NCBI GenBank assembly: GCA_977018835.1
Contig: OZ361256.1
Span: 5,766,001 to 5,830,000 of the forward strand
Direction of reading: 5' to 3'
From: Minutocellus sp. GHC0000111
Lineage: Eukaryota
Length of the DNA stretch: 64,000 bases
Shown here: piece by piece, positions 11,753 to 24,000 of the stretch
Layout: every line of letters begins with the position of its first letter
Numbering within the stretch: position 1 is the first letter of the stretch
Translations under genes and position numbers: made by a program
Notes under the pieces: generated by a model
Told to the model about the DNA's origin: nothing
Seen by the model: the letters and a program-made list of their open reading frames with translations, nothing else
Database searches by the model: none

Positions 11753-13342
11753 ATGACGGCGCCAAGATATCGAAGACGTATCGCCGATCTCCGAGATGAT
11801 GAGGTTGGCATTGGATTACGAGTAGGGAACTCTCCATCGCTGACACCAACACGCCGGGGAAGACCAAAACGAAGAAGAACAAGAACAAGAAATCACGTCG
11901 AGCGTGCCCTGCTGATTGCTGCGCTAGTCAACTCTTTGTTGGCCCTACTGGTCATCAGTCGTTACCTTCACTTGCCTGACCAAAATCAAAGTCATACTAG
12001 TAGTAGCAAGGAAAATGGCCAGTTGCGACATACACGTAGCCAGGATGGTCGGGAAGACTTGCCACGAAAGAATACTCCGCCAAAAGTGGTATGTGCTCGA
12101 CCAAAGTCGAGAGCTGTGGTGGACGGCGCAGTCGTCATTGTAGACATGAACTTTTCGTCTTGCGACGCAACCGAAGATTTACAAACATCAGAGACATCAG
12201 AAGAGGAAGACTACCACACCGAGACCAATGGATATTACAAGATCAATCGCAACTCTTTGATTCCAGACATTGTCGGTCTGGAAGGCAACGACGCATTTTG
12301 TCGACCAGCACACAAATGGCAGACGACAAAATATCCAAATTGCAACTCCTTTCACGATGCAATAGACGATGTAGCGATGCTATCCTTTCTGTCGTATGGA
12401 TCAGAGACGGATGTGTTTACCGCCAAAGATGACGGTGTCAGCGATCGATGGGTGTTGAAGACTAATCGATATCACTTGGAATTGAATGAACACCAAATGG
12501 AGCTGAGACGAAAGGAGGCTGTAGTCCTCGAACGCCTAACGCCCTCGCAGTATGTACCATCAATCTATGGACATTGTGGCATGTCATTGCTGGCCCCATT
12601 TGCCAATGGAGGGACTCTTTACGACTTGATCAAGTCCATACGAAATGGAGGACCAGAACTGTACGACAAGAGCATGGACACGTTGAGGATTGCAGCTCAA
12701 CTATCGGAAGGACTCGCTGCATTGCATAGCATCGATGGTGTTGATGTTCCTTCCTTCGCGCGCAATGACCTTGATCCGGACCAATTCGTCTACAACGAAG
12801 AGAAAAGAATCTATCAAATAAATGATTTCAACTTTGGCAAGATAATTATGACCAACAAGGTCACAGGGGAAAGCTGCAAAGTGTCGCACAGTACTATGAA
12901 CATGTTCAAATCTCGAGCTCCGGAGGATATGGCGGTGAGCTATTACGAATCTGGCATCCCCTTTGATTTGGCCAAGGCTGACGTTTTCACGCTTGGAACG
13001 ACCTTGTACATGCTTCTTACACGAGAATGGATATGGGAGGGAGAAGCGAAGAAGGTATCGATCGAAAGGCTTATCCGTGGTGAGAGGCCGGCCTTGCCAA
13101 TTGCAATTCGTGAATCAAATGATCAAGCTCTCTTTGCCGTTGCTGGGGGCATCAGCGCTTGTTGGAAGCAGGATCCAGAACAAAGACCGACAGCGAAAGA
13201 AGTTGCCAAGTTTTTAATGCAGCGTTTGACTGCTCTCACTGCACGGGCTTCTCTCGACGGTGATGCAGTGATGAAGGTGCAGCCCCCTCCTCTTCTTGAA
13301 GATATCAAGAACATGGACGATGACTATGACATTAACATGTGA
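11753..13342 (+). CDS. Membrane-anchored protein kinase-like protein (type II topology)
   Basis: Basic N-tail and a single TM helix (ALLIAALVNSLLALLVI). The kinase core follows: VLK, E of helix C, xNDL catalytic loop, NDFN, RAPE, KADVFTLG, CW…P.QRP. Confidence 0.75.
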   Translation: MTAPRYRRRIADLRDDEVGIGLRVGNSPSLTPTRRGRPKRRRTRTRNHVERALLIAALVNSLLALLVISRYLHLPDQNQSHTSSSKENGQLRHTRSQDGREDLPRKNTPPKVVCARPKSRAVVDGAVVIVDMNFSSCDATEDLQTSETSEEEDYHTETNGYYKINRNSLIPDIVGLEGNDAFCRPAHKWQTTKYPNCNSFHDAIDDVAMLSFLSYGSETDVFTAKDDGVSDRWVLKTNRYHLELNEHQMELRRKEAVVLERLTPSQYVPSIYGHCGMSLLAPFANGGTLYDLIKSIRNGGPELYDKSMDTLRIAAQLSEGLAALHSIDGVDVPSFARNDLDPDQFVYNEEKRIYQINDFNFGKIIMTNKVTGESCKVSHSTMNMFKSRAPEDMAVSYYESGIPFDLAKADVFTLGTTLYMLLTREWIWEGEAKKVSIERLIRGERPALPIAIRESNDQALFAVAGGISACWKQDPEQRPTAKEVAKFLMQRLTALTARASLDGDAVMKVQPPPLLEDIKNMDDDYDINM

Positions 13343-13431
13343 TACTTAGGCACCACTGGGAACCCGCACTCAAGTAAACTACGTTAACAAATATAGCTAC
13401 TGTAGAAGAATAAAAATCAGACTTTAATGAG

Positions 13432-14760
13432 TTATCGACTATAGCTCCTCGCCCTCATTTTACCGGGAGGGGAAGAATCAGCATCGTTGTCATCGGCGCC
13501 TGCGAATATGTCGCTACCACTGGCCTGTGTTTTGGATCTGCTGTGGTGTGAGTGCATTGATCGCCTCGTCCGAGCTTTCTTTGCCGTGGGATGAGGAATG
13601 CCTTGGGATAGAAGAAATGCTCCGAGTGCACCAAAATATCCCTCATGCTCGAGAAATAGTGCTTCGTTTTTGCCTCCTGACCAGAAATCAATCGCAAATG
13701 CCAGACGTTGTTGCGATATCACGTTGTGTCGCAGGAAATTACCCACGAAATAAATGCGCTTCGTCTTGTGAAGTTGTGCATTTAGATAGGCAACCTGACC
13801 AATATTGTTTGTAATCATGAGTAGAAGGGCACGGGCCAAGTCTTCCTGTTCTAGCCCTTCGGCAGGATTCTGTTTGGCAACCAGCTTTCCAAAGGAAGAT
13901 GCTACCAGATTTGCTGACAGGCCAAGTTTTTCTAGTGCGTCGCTTCCTTTTCCATAAATGTCACCGACCATCATGTCGACCTTCGAAGGATCACCCTTCT
14001 CGGCCAGATCGATGACATCCTCGAAGCTCTCGCTGTTGGTAAGCAGACGGCAAAGACCCCAGTACGTACCACCGCCAATGGTAGAACCGGAAATACGCTC
14101 ATGCTGGCGTGGTCCGTCCACCCGAAGGATGCTCACACCTGTCCCAATCGTAACCAGTAGATAGGGGTACGCTTCAGAATCGATAATCACATCTCGCTGG
14201 ACCTTGCGTGACCACCACCATTGATCCATCTTTGGTTCCTTTTTCTTCGTATTGTTGTTGCTTTCTTCATTTTTGGATTTTACATCGCTGCCGCCATCTT
14301 TCGACTGTGCAGCATCTGGCCTCATGTTTCCAATGTGGTAAGACGAATCGTCCGTCTCGGTGCCAGATGAATGATTTGAGCTCGTCATCAAGCTGCTATT
14401 GCTCTCTGTTGTAATGATTGAGGAAGGAGGGTTCTTCTGCTCACCAGTGCCATCGGATGTCTGCTGGTTTTGATGTCCTTTTCGATCATGTTTTCTCGCG
14501 GGCTGAAACGTGTAGCATTCACCCACCACGTCGCTCATTACAAATTGCATGCCGGCCACGAGACTATCGAGCTCATCCTGCTTGTCCATCTCCACACCCA
14601 GCAAATCTCTCCAATCGTCTTCGTATTTGTGTGCTCCCCCACCTGTGGCGCCCATTTCAGATATATTGAGGTGCAAATTGTTGACCCGAATCAAATCCAT
14701 GGCATTCTTCATCCGTCGAGTTTCAAAGCGGATGAAGTGCAAATCACCTCCGAGGTAGTC
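13432..14760 (-). CDS. PANK: Type II (eukaryotic/fumble) pantothenate kinase, 5'-truncated at the duplication junction
   Basis: Motifs LGGDLHFIRFET, ATGGGAHKY, YPYLLVTIGTGVSIL, GSTIGGGTYWGL, DMMVGDIYG, ASSFGK, NNIGQVAYL and FLEHEGYFGALGA are present. The N-terminal DIGG motif is missing because the sequence switches to the duplicated block at 14759. Confidence 0.92.
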   Translation of the reverse strand, partial: DYLGGDLHFIRFETRRMKNAMDLIRVNNLHLNISEMGATGGGAHKYEDDWRDLLGVEMDKQDELDSLVAGMQFVMSDVVGECYTFQPARKHDRKGHQNQQTSDGTGEQKNPPSSIITTESNSSLMTSSNHSSGTETDDSSYHIGNMRPDAAQSKDGGSDVKSKNEESNNNTKKKEPKMDQWWWSRKVQRDVIIDSEAYPYLLVTIGTGVSILRVDGPRQHERISGSTIGGGTYWGLCRLLTNSESFEDVIDLAEKGDPSKVDMMVGDIYGKGSDALEKLGLSANLVASSFGKLVAKQNPAEGLEQEDLARALLLMITNNIGQVAYLNAQLHKTKRIYFVGNFLRHNVISQQRLAFAIDFWSGGKNEALFLEHEGYFGALGAFLLSQGIPHPTAKKARTRRSMHSHHSRSKTQASGSDIFAGADDNDADSSPPGKMRARSYSR

Positions 14761-16415
14761 GCAAAATATATTTGGGCACTGCGCTACAATGAGCTAATGA
14801 TAATAATACCCAGTTGTATTACAACGTAATTGATTCTCTATGATAACTGTCCAGGGCAATGTAATACAGCATAGCCCTACTTGGTAAACAAATTGCCCAT
14901 CATCGCTTTCCCACGTGGCAGCGGTTTGATCTTCTGGGCACGGCTACTACTGCCATCGCAATAAGTTACCTTTTCAACCTCTTCGCGACGCTTCTCCGAT
15001 AATTTCTTATAACCTTCCACAAGCAGAGGGTGAATGGTGCCGTTTGCAGCGCTAGCGGCAGGTTTTGAAGGCAATGTTTCAACTTCCTCGCCACCGCTAT
15101 CATCGCCCTCGTTGGCTTCGCCACTTGGCTTTGTATCTCCATCCAACATCAATTCCTTCAGCAGCTCATCCTTTCGAGCTTGGGCGGCCTTCATCTTTCG
15201 TTTCTCTTCAGCAAGATCCTCCAATAGATTGGCGCATACCTCTTCATTCGTTTCTATATCGTGCCTACGCAATGCATTCTTCTTTTCGAGATCGACAGCT
15301 GTCAGAGAATCTTCCACGGTTACATATCGCAAAGGCACCTGAGCGAACGATGAAGTGATGCGTGTATTGGGATGACATGTGCGATGTATAAGATATCTGT
15401 TTCACATAATACGATATATGAACACAAAGTCATTTTAAAAGACGCACCTTGACTTCCGCCATCTTGCGTCGAACTTCGGAAACGATCTCTGATACGTGAG
15501 ACCTGGATCGAACCTGGACACGCCTTGCCTCTTCCTGCAATCAATTGCATTTGTGTATGGTGGACGAAGGAGCAATACTATTAGAATGAAGTGCAGAGAA
15601 GGTTGTAAATGATGTCAATAAATTCTCCAAGCATACCTTTTCGGAGGCATCCATCAGTTCCGATGCAACACTCGAAATTGTTTTGCCGGTCTCATCTTGG
15701 ATGACGTCCACAACGAAACGCAAGGCGCTGGTGTTGACCCGCTTGCGACCGGTGTTGTCGTTCTGAAAGAGAAGAGCTTCGCCACCATGTGTGGCGAGCT
15801 CATGAACGGGGCTGCTCCTCCTTCTTTTGCGGCCGGTTGTGGGCCTACTGGACATTGCTCCTGGTATTTCTGAGTTTCCGGTATGGACGGCAGACCCACG
15901 AAACGGAATGATTGAGAGCGCTGCACTGATGATTCTCATTCATTTCATTCTGCAATTCGCGCCAAATAATACACGCAAATAAAGTAACCCGGACGTGATG
16001 ACGACCCGTCGCCTGCGGAGGCGGCGGCGGCCGAGGCACTCGACTGCCTTTGAGGCACGATAAGGGCGCGGCGGATAAGATCTACATACCGTATGCAGTA
16101 TCTCTACCGATACGTAGCTAGCTAGCGGCATCTTGATTTGTGCTATCTAATCGGCTGGCAAGCTGAGCACAATGGCCCATAGCTTTTGCTTCAGCAATTG
16201 CTGCCGCTGCGTGGACGAAATCTCAGTTGATGAAACCCATCAAAAGATCTCAATGTGCACTAGTAGATCTACACATACATGTGTATAGCTACGTAGATTG
16301 AAGTTTACCTCTAGATCTAGATCTAAGACACAAGCTGCGCCGTGGAACGGCCTACGTACTCCCTTTCAATCTAGCTTGTATTTTTAAACCATTTTGAATT
16401 AAATATGTATTTTAG
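14759..16415. repeat. Copy 2 of the 1657-nt direct duplication, ending at the N gap
   Basis: Identical to 7411-9067 and ends exactly at the scaffold gap. Confidence 0.95.
14877..15855 (-). CDS. Duplicate of the hypothetical coiled-coil gene at 7529-8507
   Basis: Identical ORFs shifted by 7348 nt; possibly an assembly duplicate. Confidence 0.5.
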
Positions 16416-16615
16416 NNNNNNNNNNNNNNNNNNNNNNNNNNNNNNNNNNNNNNNNNNNNNNNNNNNNNNNNNNNNNNNNNNNNNNNNNNNNNNNNNNNNN
16501 NNNNNNNNNNNNNNNNNNNNNNNNNNNNNNNNNNNNNNNNNNNNNNNNNNNNNNNNNNNNNNNNNNNNNNNNNNNNNNNNNNNNNNNNNNNNNNNNNNNN
16601 NNNNNNNNNNNNNNN
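16416..16615. other. Assembly gap (200 N)
   Basis: Run of N. Confidence 1.
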
Positions 16616-18144
16616 TGCTCTTGGAGCCAGTCGACCTTTCTCCTGGTGTTGCAGTAAATGATGGCTTGGGTGATGGTGAGCGTCTCGTAGAGATCGCAGA
16701 GGGTGTCAAGCTTCCACTCCTCGCGGTCGACGGCGATGTAGAACTGCTTGATACCCTCGAGGGTAAGCTCGTCCTTCTTGACGAGGATACGGACGGGGTC
16801 GCGCATGAATCGCTGGGTAACCTCGAGGACGTCGAGGGGCATGGTCGCCGAGAAGAGGCAGACCTGGACCTGCTCGGGAAGGAACTTGAAGATGTCATAG
16901 ATCTGGTCCTTGAAACCACGGAAAGCATCTCATCAGCCTCATCGAGCATGAACTGACGGATGTTGTCGAGACGGAGGGCACGACGGTTGATCATGTCGTA
17001 GACACGGCCGGGGGTACCGACGACGATGTGAACACCGCCCTGGAGGACACGGATGTCGTCACGGACGGCGGTACCACCGACGCAGGCATGGACCTGGACC
17101 TCCATGTAGTCACCGAGAGCGATGACGACCTTCTGGATCTGCTGGGCCAGCTCACGGGTGGGGCAAGGATGAGGACTGGCACTCACGGAGCTTGGAATCA
17201 AGCTTGCCAGGGTACCGATCGCGAAGGTGGCGGTCTTGCCCTGTTGTGTTGAAACATTACACGAGGATGAGGGAAGCAAAAGGCGTGAGATCATTGTCCG
17301 TAAAAAGATATCAACGCCACATAGCCATCGTTACAGAAGAAAGGCCAGCATTCGGAGGGAGAAGGGTGGGAAGGTCCGATTTCTAAGTCTAATTGTTTGT
17401 CAGACACGTCGAGGGTGACTCTTTTCAGACTCGAAAGGTGATGTTTATTGTGATCTTCATTCCTTCTCCCCCGAATCCTCTCCTCTCATGTGCCAACATT
17501 TCATTCAAAGTAGCACCATCGTTCGGCGAGCGTCCCTCACTGCACGAAAGCAAGCCAAGCACACCCGTCTGCACAAAAGCACGTACCGTACCGACTGGGC
17601 CTGGGCGATGAGATCGCGGCCGAGGATGGTGGGCTTGATGGCACGCTGCTGGATGGCAGAGGGCTTCTCGAAACCGTAGGCGTAGATGCCACGGAGAAGC
17701 TCCTCGGGGAGCTCCATGCCGTCGAAGGTCTCGATGGCCTCGTCCCAGTTGGTGTCGATGTCGGCATCGGTAAGGCCGCCGGGAGGGGCATCATCGCCGC
17801 CCTCGGTCTGGGGGGGGCTGTGAGGTTTTTGAATTATTGGGCATGAGATGTGTTGTGAAGATATTAGAGATGAATAGACTCGACATAGATTGTGAACACG
17901 ACCAGTCCCATTGCCTGGGCATATCTATCTGCCATTGACCGTGTGATGTCGCTCATCAAATGCGTTCATGGTTTCCCGCCAACAAACACGTCGTGCATAT
18001 GAAATTGCGCCAACGAGGTGCCGACGGAATTCCTTTCGAAAGAATGAGGCACACATGTGCTCGAATGCGACCACCGTTCGAACCGCCGAGCTCCAGCAAC
18101 TCCAAACCCTCAACTCACACTTCTTCTTGCTGCTCGTCGCTCAT
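16616..18144 (-). pseudogene. eIF4A: Partial inverted copy of eIF4A with several 1-nt deletions
   Basis: Reverse complement of 18709-20243. Frameshifts come from shortened homopolymers (e.g. near 16920, 17170, 17210, 17590). Confidence 0.85.
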
Positions 18145-20243
18145 GGTTGCTACTAAGTTGAGGTTGGGCTGTATCGTATTGATCAGTGGCCAACCATCGA
18201 ACACGGGTGGCGGGGAGGGCGCAGGCGTGGTTGGTATCGGTGGGCGGGCCGGGACCAAAACCAATGCGATTTTTACCTTCTTTCTGACGTTTTCATTTTC
18301 TACGTGACAGAACATAACCTAATGCAAGTAAGTCGAAAGCAGTAAACCATTTTCCCCGCAAGGAAAGGGGGAACCCTAACTTTGTATGGGGGTAACTTTT
18401 CGGGGAATTGCCCACAGAAAATCTATTTTTGTCAAGGCAGACGCAATTCCCCGAAAAGTTACCCCCATACAAGTTAGGGTTCCCCCTTTCCTTGCGGGGA
18501 AAATGGTTTACTGCTTTCGACTTACTTGCATTAGGTTATGTTCTGTCACGTAGAAAATGAAAACGTCAGAAAGAAGGTAAAAATCGCATTGGTTTTGGTC
18601 CCGGCCCGCCCACCGATACCAACCACGCCTGCGCCCTCCCCGCCACCCGTGTTCGATGGTTGGCCACTGATCAATACGATACAGCCCAACCTCAACTTAG
18701 TAGCAACCATGAGCGACGAGCAGCAAGAAGAAGTGTGAGTTGAGGGTTTGGAGTTGCTGGAGCTCGGCGGTTCGAACGGTGGTCGCATTCGAGCACATGT
18801 GTGCCTCATTCTTTCGAAAGGAATTCCGTCGGCACCTCGTTGGCGCAATTTCATATGCACGACGTGTTTGTTGGCGGGAAACCATGAACGCATTTGATGA
18901 GCGACATCACACGGTCAATGGCAGATAGATATGCCCAGGCAATGGGACTGGTCGTGTTCACAATCTATGTCGAGTCTATTCATCTCTAATATCTTCACAA
19001 CACATCTCATGCCCAATAATTCAAAAACCTCACAGCCCCCCCCAGACCGAGGGCGGCGATGATGCCCCTCCCGGCGGCCTTACCGATGCCGACATCGACA
19101 CCAACTGGGACGAGGCCATCGAGACCTTCGACGGCATGGAGCTCCCCGAGGAGCTTCTCCGTGGCATCTACGCCTACGGTTTCGAGAAGCCCTCTGCCAT
19201 CCAGCAGCGTGCCATCAAGCCCACCATCCTCGGCCGCGATCTCATCGCCCAGGCCCAGTCCGGTACGGTACGTGCTTTTGTGCAGACGGGTGTGCTTGGC
19301 TTGCTTTCGTGCAGTGAGGGACGCTCGCCGAACGATGGTGCTACTTTTGAATGAAATGTTGGCACATGAGAGGAGAGGATTCGGGGGAGAAGGAATGAAG
19401 ATCACAATAAACATCACCTTTCGAGTCTGAAAAGAGTCACCCTCGACGTGTCTGACAAACAATTAGACTTAGAAATCGGACCTTCCCACCCTTCTCCCTC
19501 CGAATGCTGGCCTTTCTTCTGTAACGATGGCTATGTGGCGTTGATATCTTTTTACGGACAATGATCTCACGCCTTTTGCTTCCCTCATCCTCGTGTAATG
19601 TTTCAACACAACAGGGCAAGACCGCCACCTTCGCGATCGGTACCCTTGGCAAGCTTGATTCCAAGCTCCGTGAGTGCCAGTCCCTCATCCTTGCCCCCAC
19701 CCGTGAGCTGGCCCAGCAGATCCAGAAGGTCGTCATCGCTCTCGGTGACTACATGGAGGTCCAGGTCCATGCCTGCGTCGGTGGTACCGCCGTCCGTGAC
19801 GACATCCGTGTCCTCCAGGGCGGTGTTCACATCGTCGTCGGTACCCCCGGCCGTGTCTACGACATGATCAACCGTCGTGCCCTCCGTCTCGACAACATCC
19901 GTCAGTTCATGCTCGATGAGGCTGATGAGATGCTTTCCCGTGGTTTCAAGGACCAGATCTATGACATCTTCAAGTTCCTTCCCGAGCAGGTCCAGGTCTG
20001 CCTCTTCTCGGCGACCATGCCCCTCGACGTCCTCGAGGTTACCCAGCGATTCATGCGCGACCCCGTCCGTATCCTCGTCAAGAAGGACGAGCTTACCCTC
20101 GAGGGTATCAAGCAGTTCTACATCGCCGTCGACCGCGAGGAGTGGAAGCTTGACACCCTCTGCGATCTCTACGAGACGCTCACCATCACCCAAGCCATCA
20201 TTTACTGCAACACCAGGAGAAAGGTCGACTGGCTCCAAGAGCA
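16616..20243. repeat. Large inverted repeat: arms 16616-18411 and 18443-20243, 31-nt spacer
   Basis: Mirror-image ORFs in the track. The arms meet at …ggggaattgc / gcaattcccc…. Confidence 0.95.
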
Positions 20244-20365
20244 GATGCAGCAGAGGGACTTCACCGTCTCCTGCATGCACGGAGACATGGACCAGCGCGA
20301 GCGTGACATCATCATGCGCGAGTTCCGCTCTGGATCTTCCCGTGTCCTCATCACCACTGACCTTC

Positions 20366-20396
<31 letters not shown>

Positions 20397-20592
20397 CCTG
20401 GTCATCAACTTTGACCTCCCCACCAACCGTGAGAACTACATCCACCGTATCGGTCGTTCCGGCCGTTTCGGTCGTAAGGGTGTTGCCATCAACTTCCTTA
20501 CCGAGGGAGATGTTCGCTACTTGCGCGATATCGAGCAGTTCTACAATACCGAGATTACTGAGATGCCCATGAACGTTGCCGACCTTATCTAA
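18709..20592 (+). CDS. eIF4A: Eukaryotic translation initiation factor 4A (DEAD-box helicase), 3 exons
   Basis: Reads [13 protein letters not shown]…[13 protein letters not shown]…AQSGT|GKT…PTRELA…DEAD…SAT…HRIGRSGR. Introns ~18735-19035 and ~19268-19614. Strong codon bias. Confidence 0.97.
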
Positions 20593-21045
20593 GGGTCGGT
20601 CACAAGATGCATGGTCGGAAGGAAAATCGAAAGAACTAATCGTTTTTGGGATTTTGCCTGCGCATGGTTTATTTCGCAGGTGTATGTCGTGTGAGAAATG
20701 TTAAATTCATACATAAGCCAATGTATTTTGAGATACTACTAAGTTGACATCTACTAGTATTGTTTAGAGGGGCAGTAACCTATTGGAACGTGCGAGCTAC
20801 GTAGCTAGTAAGAGTTACGATGATACTCGCCAGAGCCGACTTGAAAAAAGCTTGACTTTCGATTGTGTAATACCCTTCTAGGAATTCATACTCAAGTAAG
20901 CATCTTCACTTTTCATTCCTTTTAAGTTATAATACAAAAACTATAATGCTATAGCTGCTAGCATCCACAAGGCAGGCATCTTATGATACCCGATGCCAAA
21001 ATTTTTTGAGACTCGACACTGGGTAGAGTCCAATTCTCAAGTCGT

Positions 21046-24000
21046 TCATTCATCAAATGGATCGACCAGCGCCTGGACGTGTTGAAATGCACATTCGGCA
21101 AAGACGGATTTGTCTAACTTGGGCAGCTTGCTATCACCGCCAGCACTATCGGAGGCGGAAGCGGCGGCGGCGGCGGCTTGGGGTTGCTGCCTTGAGGTTC
21201 GACCATATCCGCCCTCGAGGACCGAGACAACTCGTCCTTGGCAGCAAATGTCGGCGATTTCAAGAATCTGTGATCGGGAAACAAATCAGAATAAACAACA
21301 CGGAAATGTTAGAGCAAAAAATCCATTGATACGTAAATGAAAAATGTGATGCTACAAAGCAAAGATCATAAGACTCACCCTCCTCGTCGTCCAAGCATAG
21401 TCTTCGGGTTCAAGATCGATACCCATGCGCTGAGTTCCACCAATGTAATGACGAGCATTGCCAACGTCGCCTCGAGATGCGTCAAAGCCCGAGCTCAGGA
21501 GAATCAAATCGGGGTTGAATGCTCTCAACGAGGGGAGGAGTCGCTGCTGCACCGCACGTCGGTAAGCCATTCGACCTGTTCCCAAGAGATAATGCGCAGG
21601 CCTGGCCGGTTCAGTGGCAGCCGATCCATTCTTCGAGGAGACCGACCCACCATTCGATGGCGAATCTTCCACCGATACACTGTCGTTGTCACTGGTAATG
21701 GACTTGTCGGCAGCCGCCGGTGATGGCTTCTCGCCGCCTACTGAGGAGGAAGAACCCCTTCGCTTCGTGCGGCCTCGAGTCTGAATGGGCTCAGCATTCG
21801 CAGCCTTGGGGGTGGTAGATTTGCCAGCCACCTCCTTCTCTTTGCACATGGGGGCAATAGGGACGTTGATGATATTGTTGGCAACATCATCTTCGTCGCC
21901 CGTTCCAGGGTAGAACTTGTACGTAGGTACAGTGGAACTGGCGCTCTTCTTCTTGTCGTGATCGAAAATGTGTACCGAGAAGAAGAAGAGGCGACCAGGA
22001 TCATGGCACTTCTTGATAATTTCCTCCGTTCCGTTACCGTGGTGAGCATCGATGTCAACAATGGCAACCCTCTCGCACCTGGGCCTATGGCTATCGTCCG
22101 ATAGGGCGTGCATAGCACCAGCTGCAACACTATTGAAGATGCAGAAACCACAGGATTCGCCCCCGGCCAACAGCCCGTTGACCCCGGCATGATGGCCTGG
22201 AGGCCGAACGACGCAAAATGCATTCCGATTACGACCCACAAGAACTCGGTCGACTGCGTGCTGGACAGCACCCGCTGCGCGACGAGCAGCCTTGAGAGAT
22301 CCGGCACTGAAGGACGTATCAGAGTGTTCACCTTCCTTGATCTGAGCTTCTCGGATGACCTTCTTTTGGATCTGCATTAGCGGATTGTAAAAGGAATACA
22401 GAACGTCAGTGAGCTGCTACGAAGAAAGAACACAGCGCAAATAATCTCAAACAGAAATAAATCAAGAATTTTGACTCACCATTGGAGTGAAGGGGACGAC
22501 GTGGTGTTCGTGATCGTTCTTCTTAGCATCATCTTCTCCTCCGTTGGCATCGTCTCCGTTGGCATTCCTTCCCTCGCTATCCCGGATAATTTGCTTCTTG
22601 CGCCTACTCTCAAGCTCCTTGCTAAGATCGTTGACGAATTGCAGGTATTCCGCACTATGGACTCGGCTCAGCAGCTCAAGAGGGGCCCGGTCGAAATCCG
22701 AAGACACACTGATTTCATATGGCTGGAGAGAAGATGCCTGGCTACCCTGAGTGGTGATACGATCCATGATAGCTGTAACTCTGTCGGGTGCCTCCCAATC
22801 GGCACTGGACTTGGGAATATGGCCGAGGCAATCGGGATGGTGCAGGATAAGCGTCCGAGACTGGGGTGAACTTTCCAGGAAATTCGCACGGGCCTGGCGT
22901 CTCTCACCAATTGTCTCCGCACCAGCAGCGTCGTCGCTGTCGAATCCTTTCGCGGCAACGTCAATAGGACGCTTGAACGCGCGGTTTACCATTGAGATCT
23001 TTGCCCCATTCTGCAGAAGCAACCGAGCGGTGCTCATACCCTGAGACCCAGAGCGCAGTGCCCAATGCAAAGCGGTTTCGCCCTTTTGATTTGGTAGGTC
23101 TGCATGATGAGGAAAAGGAAGCAGGTATTTTAAATGGGTATACGATCAATTGGAAAAAGGAAGGCTCAAAGTACAATGGTATCACACGGCAAAATACTCA
23201 ACGATGATAACGACTTACCGACAGGGCAGCGGTTCATGAGGAGAGACTGAGTCAATTCGTCGTTGCCAACACGTGCGGCCCAATGAAGAGCTTTATTGCT
23301 GTCTCCATCGCAGGCGGCTACATTGGCACCCGCAGTTAGAAGCATTCGAACGATCTCACTCGCTTCGTGAAAACCAAAGGAGTCGACCTCGGGGAGACAA
23401 ATGGCCGCGGCTGAGTGTAGAGGGAAGTATCCAGCATCGTCTTGCTGATTCACCTTCTTCAACGCTTCGGTCGCCTGCAGTCCCTCGAGCTCCCTGGAAA
23501 CCTCATCGACGGATCCCGCGCACACGGCCTTGTGCAGAGCTGAGCGAGAATCCAGCTCGCGAAGAGGATCCGCCGTCAGTGGCTCGGGTTCCTTGGCCGA
23601 CAACTCTTCCTTTTGGTCGGCTTGTAAGTTCGGCAATCCAGGGAGGCCAGGTTCGTTATCGTCATCCCCCTCTTTGATCCTTACATCGCTGTAAATACGT
23701 GAAAGGAAGAGGATTTGGTATAATGAGTAAAAGCGATAGAAACGATAGAAAATGAAACGAAACAAATGAAAGATATGAGTAGAGGCCCGCTTTCGGAGTG
23801 CAACTCCACTACGATCGTACTTACCCAACCAAAGCCTGGAGCTGGTCATCCCACGGCGTCATCGGTGACGGCATTCCTTGCATCTTCTTCTTTTGGCCGC
23901 CGTTGCCTTCATCTAAAGCGTCTGGGTTGAGAATCTGCAGCGAAGCGGCACCACCAGCTACCGGGGGCTTGAGTGATGACAAACCTTCTGGCGGGGGAGT

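Noticed and set aside
19394..19429. Possible box C/D snoRNA in eIF4A intron 2 (ATGAAGA…CTGA)
   Set aside because: Box C is imperfect, the spacing is short, and I could identify no terminal stem or rRNA complementarity.
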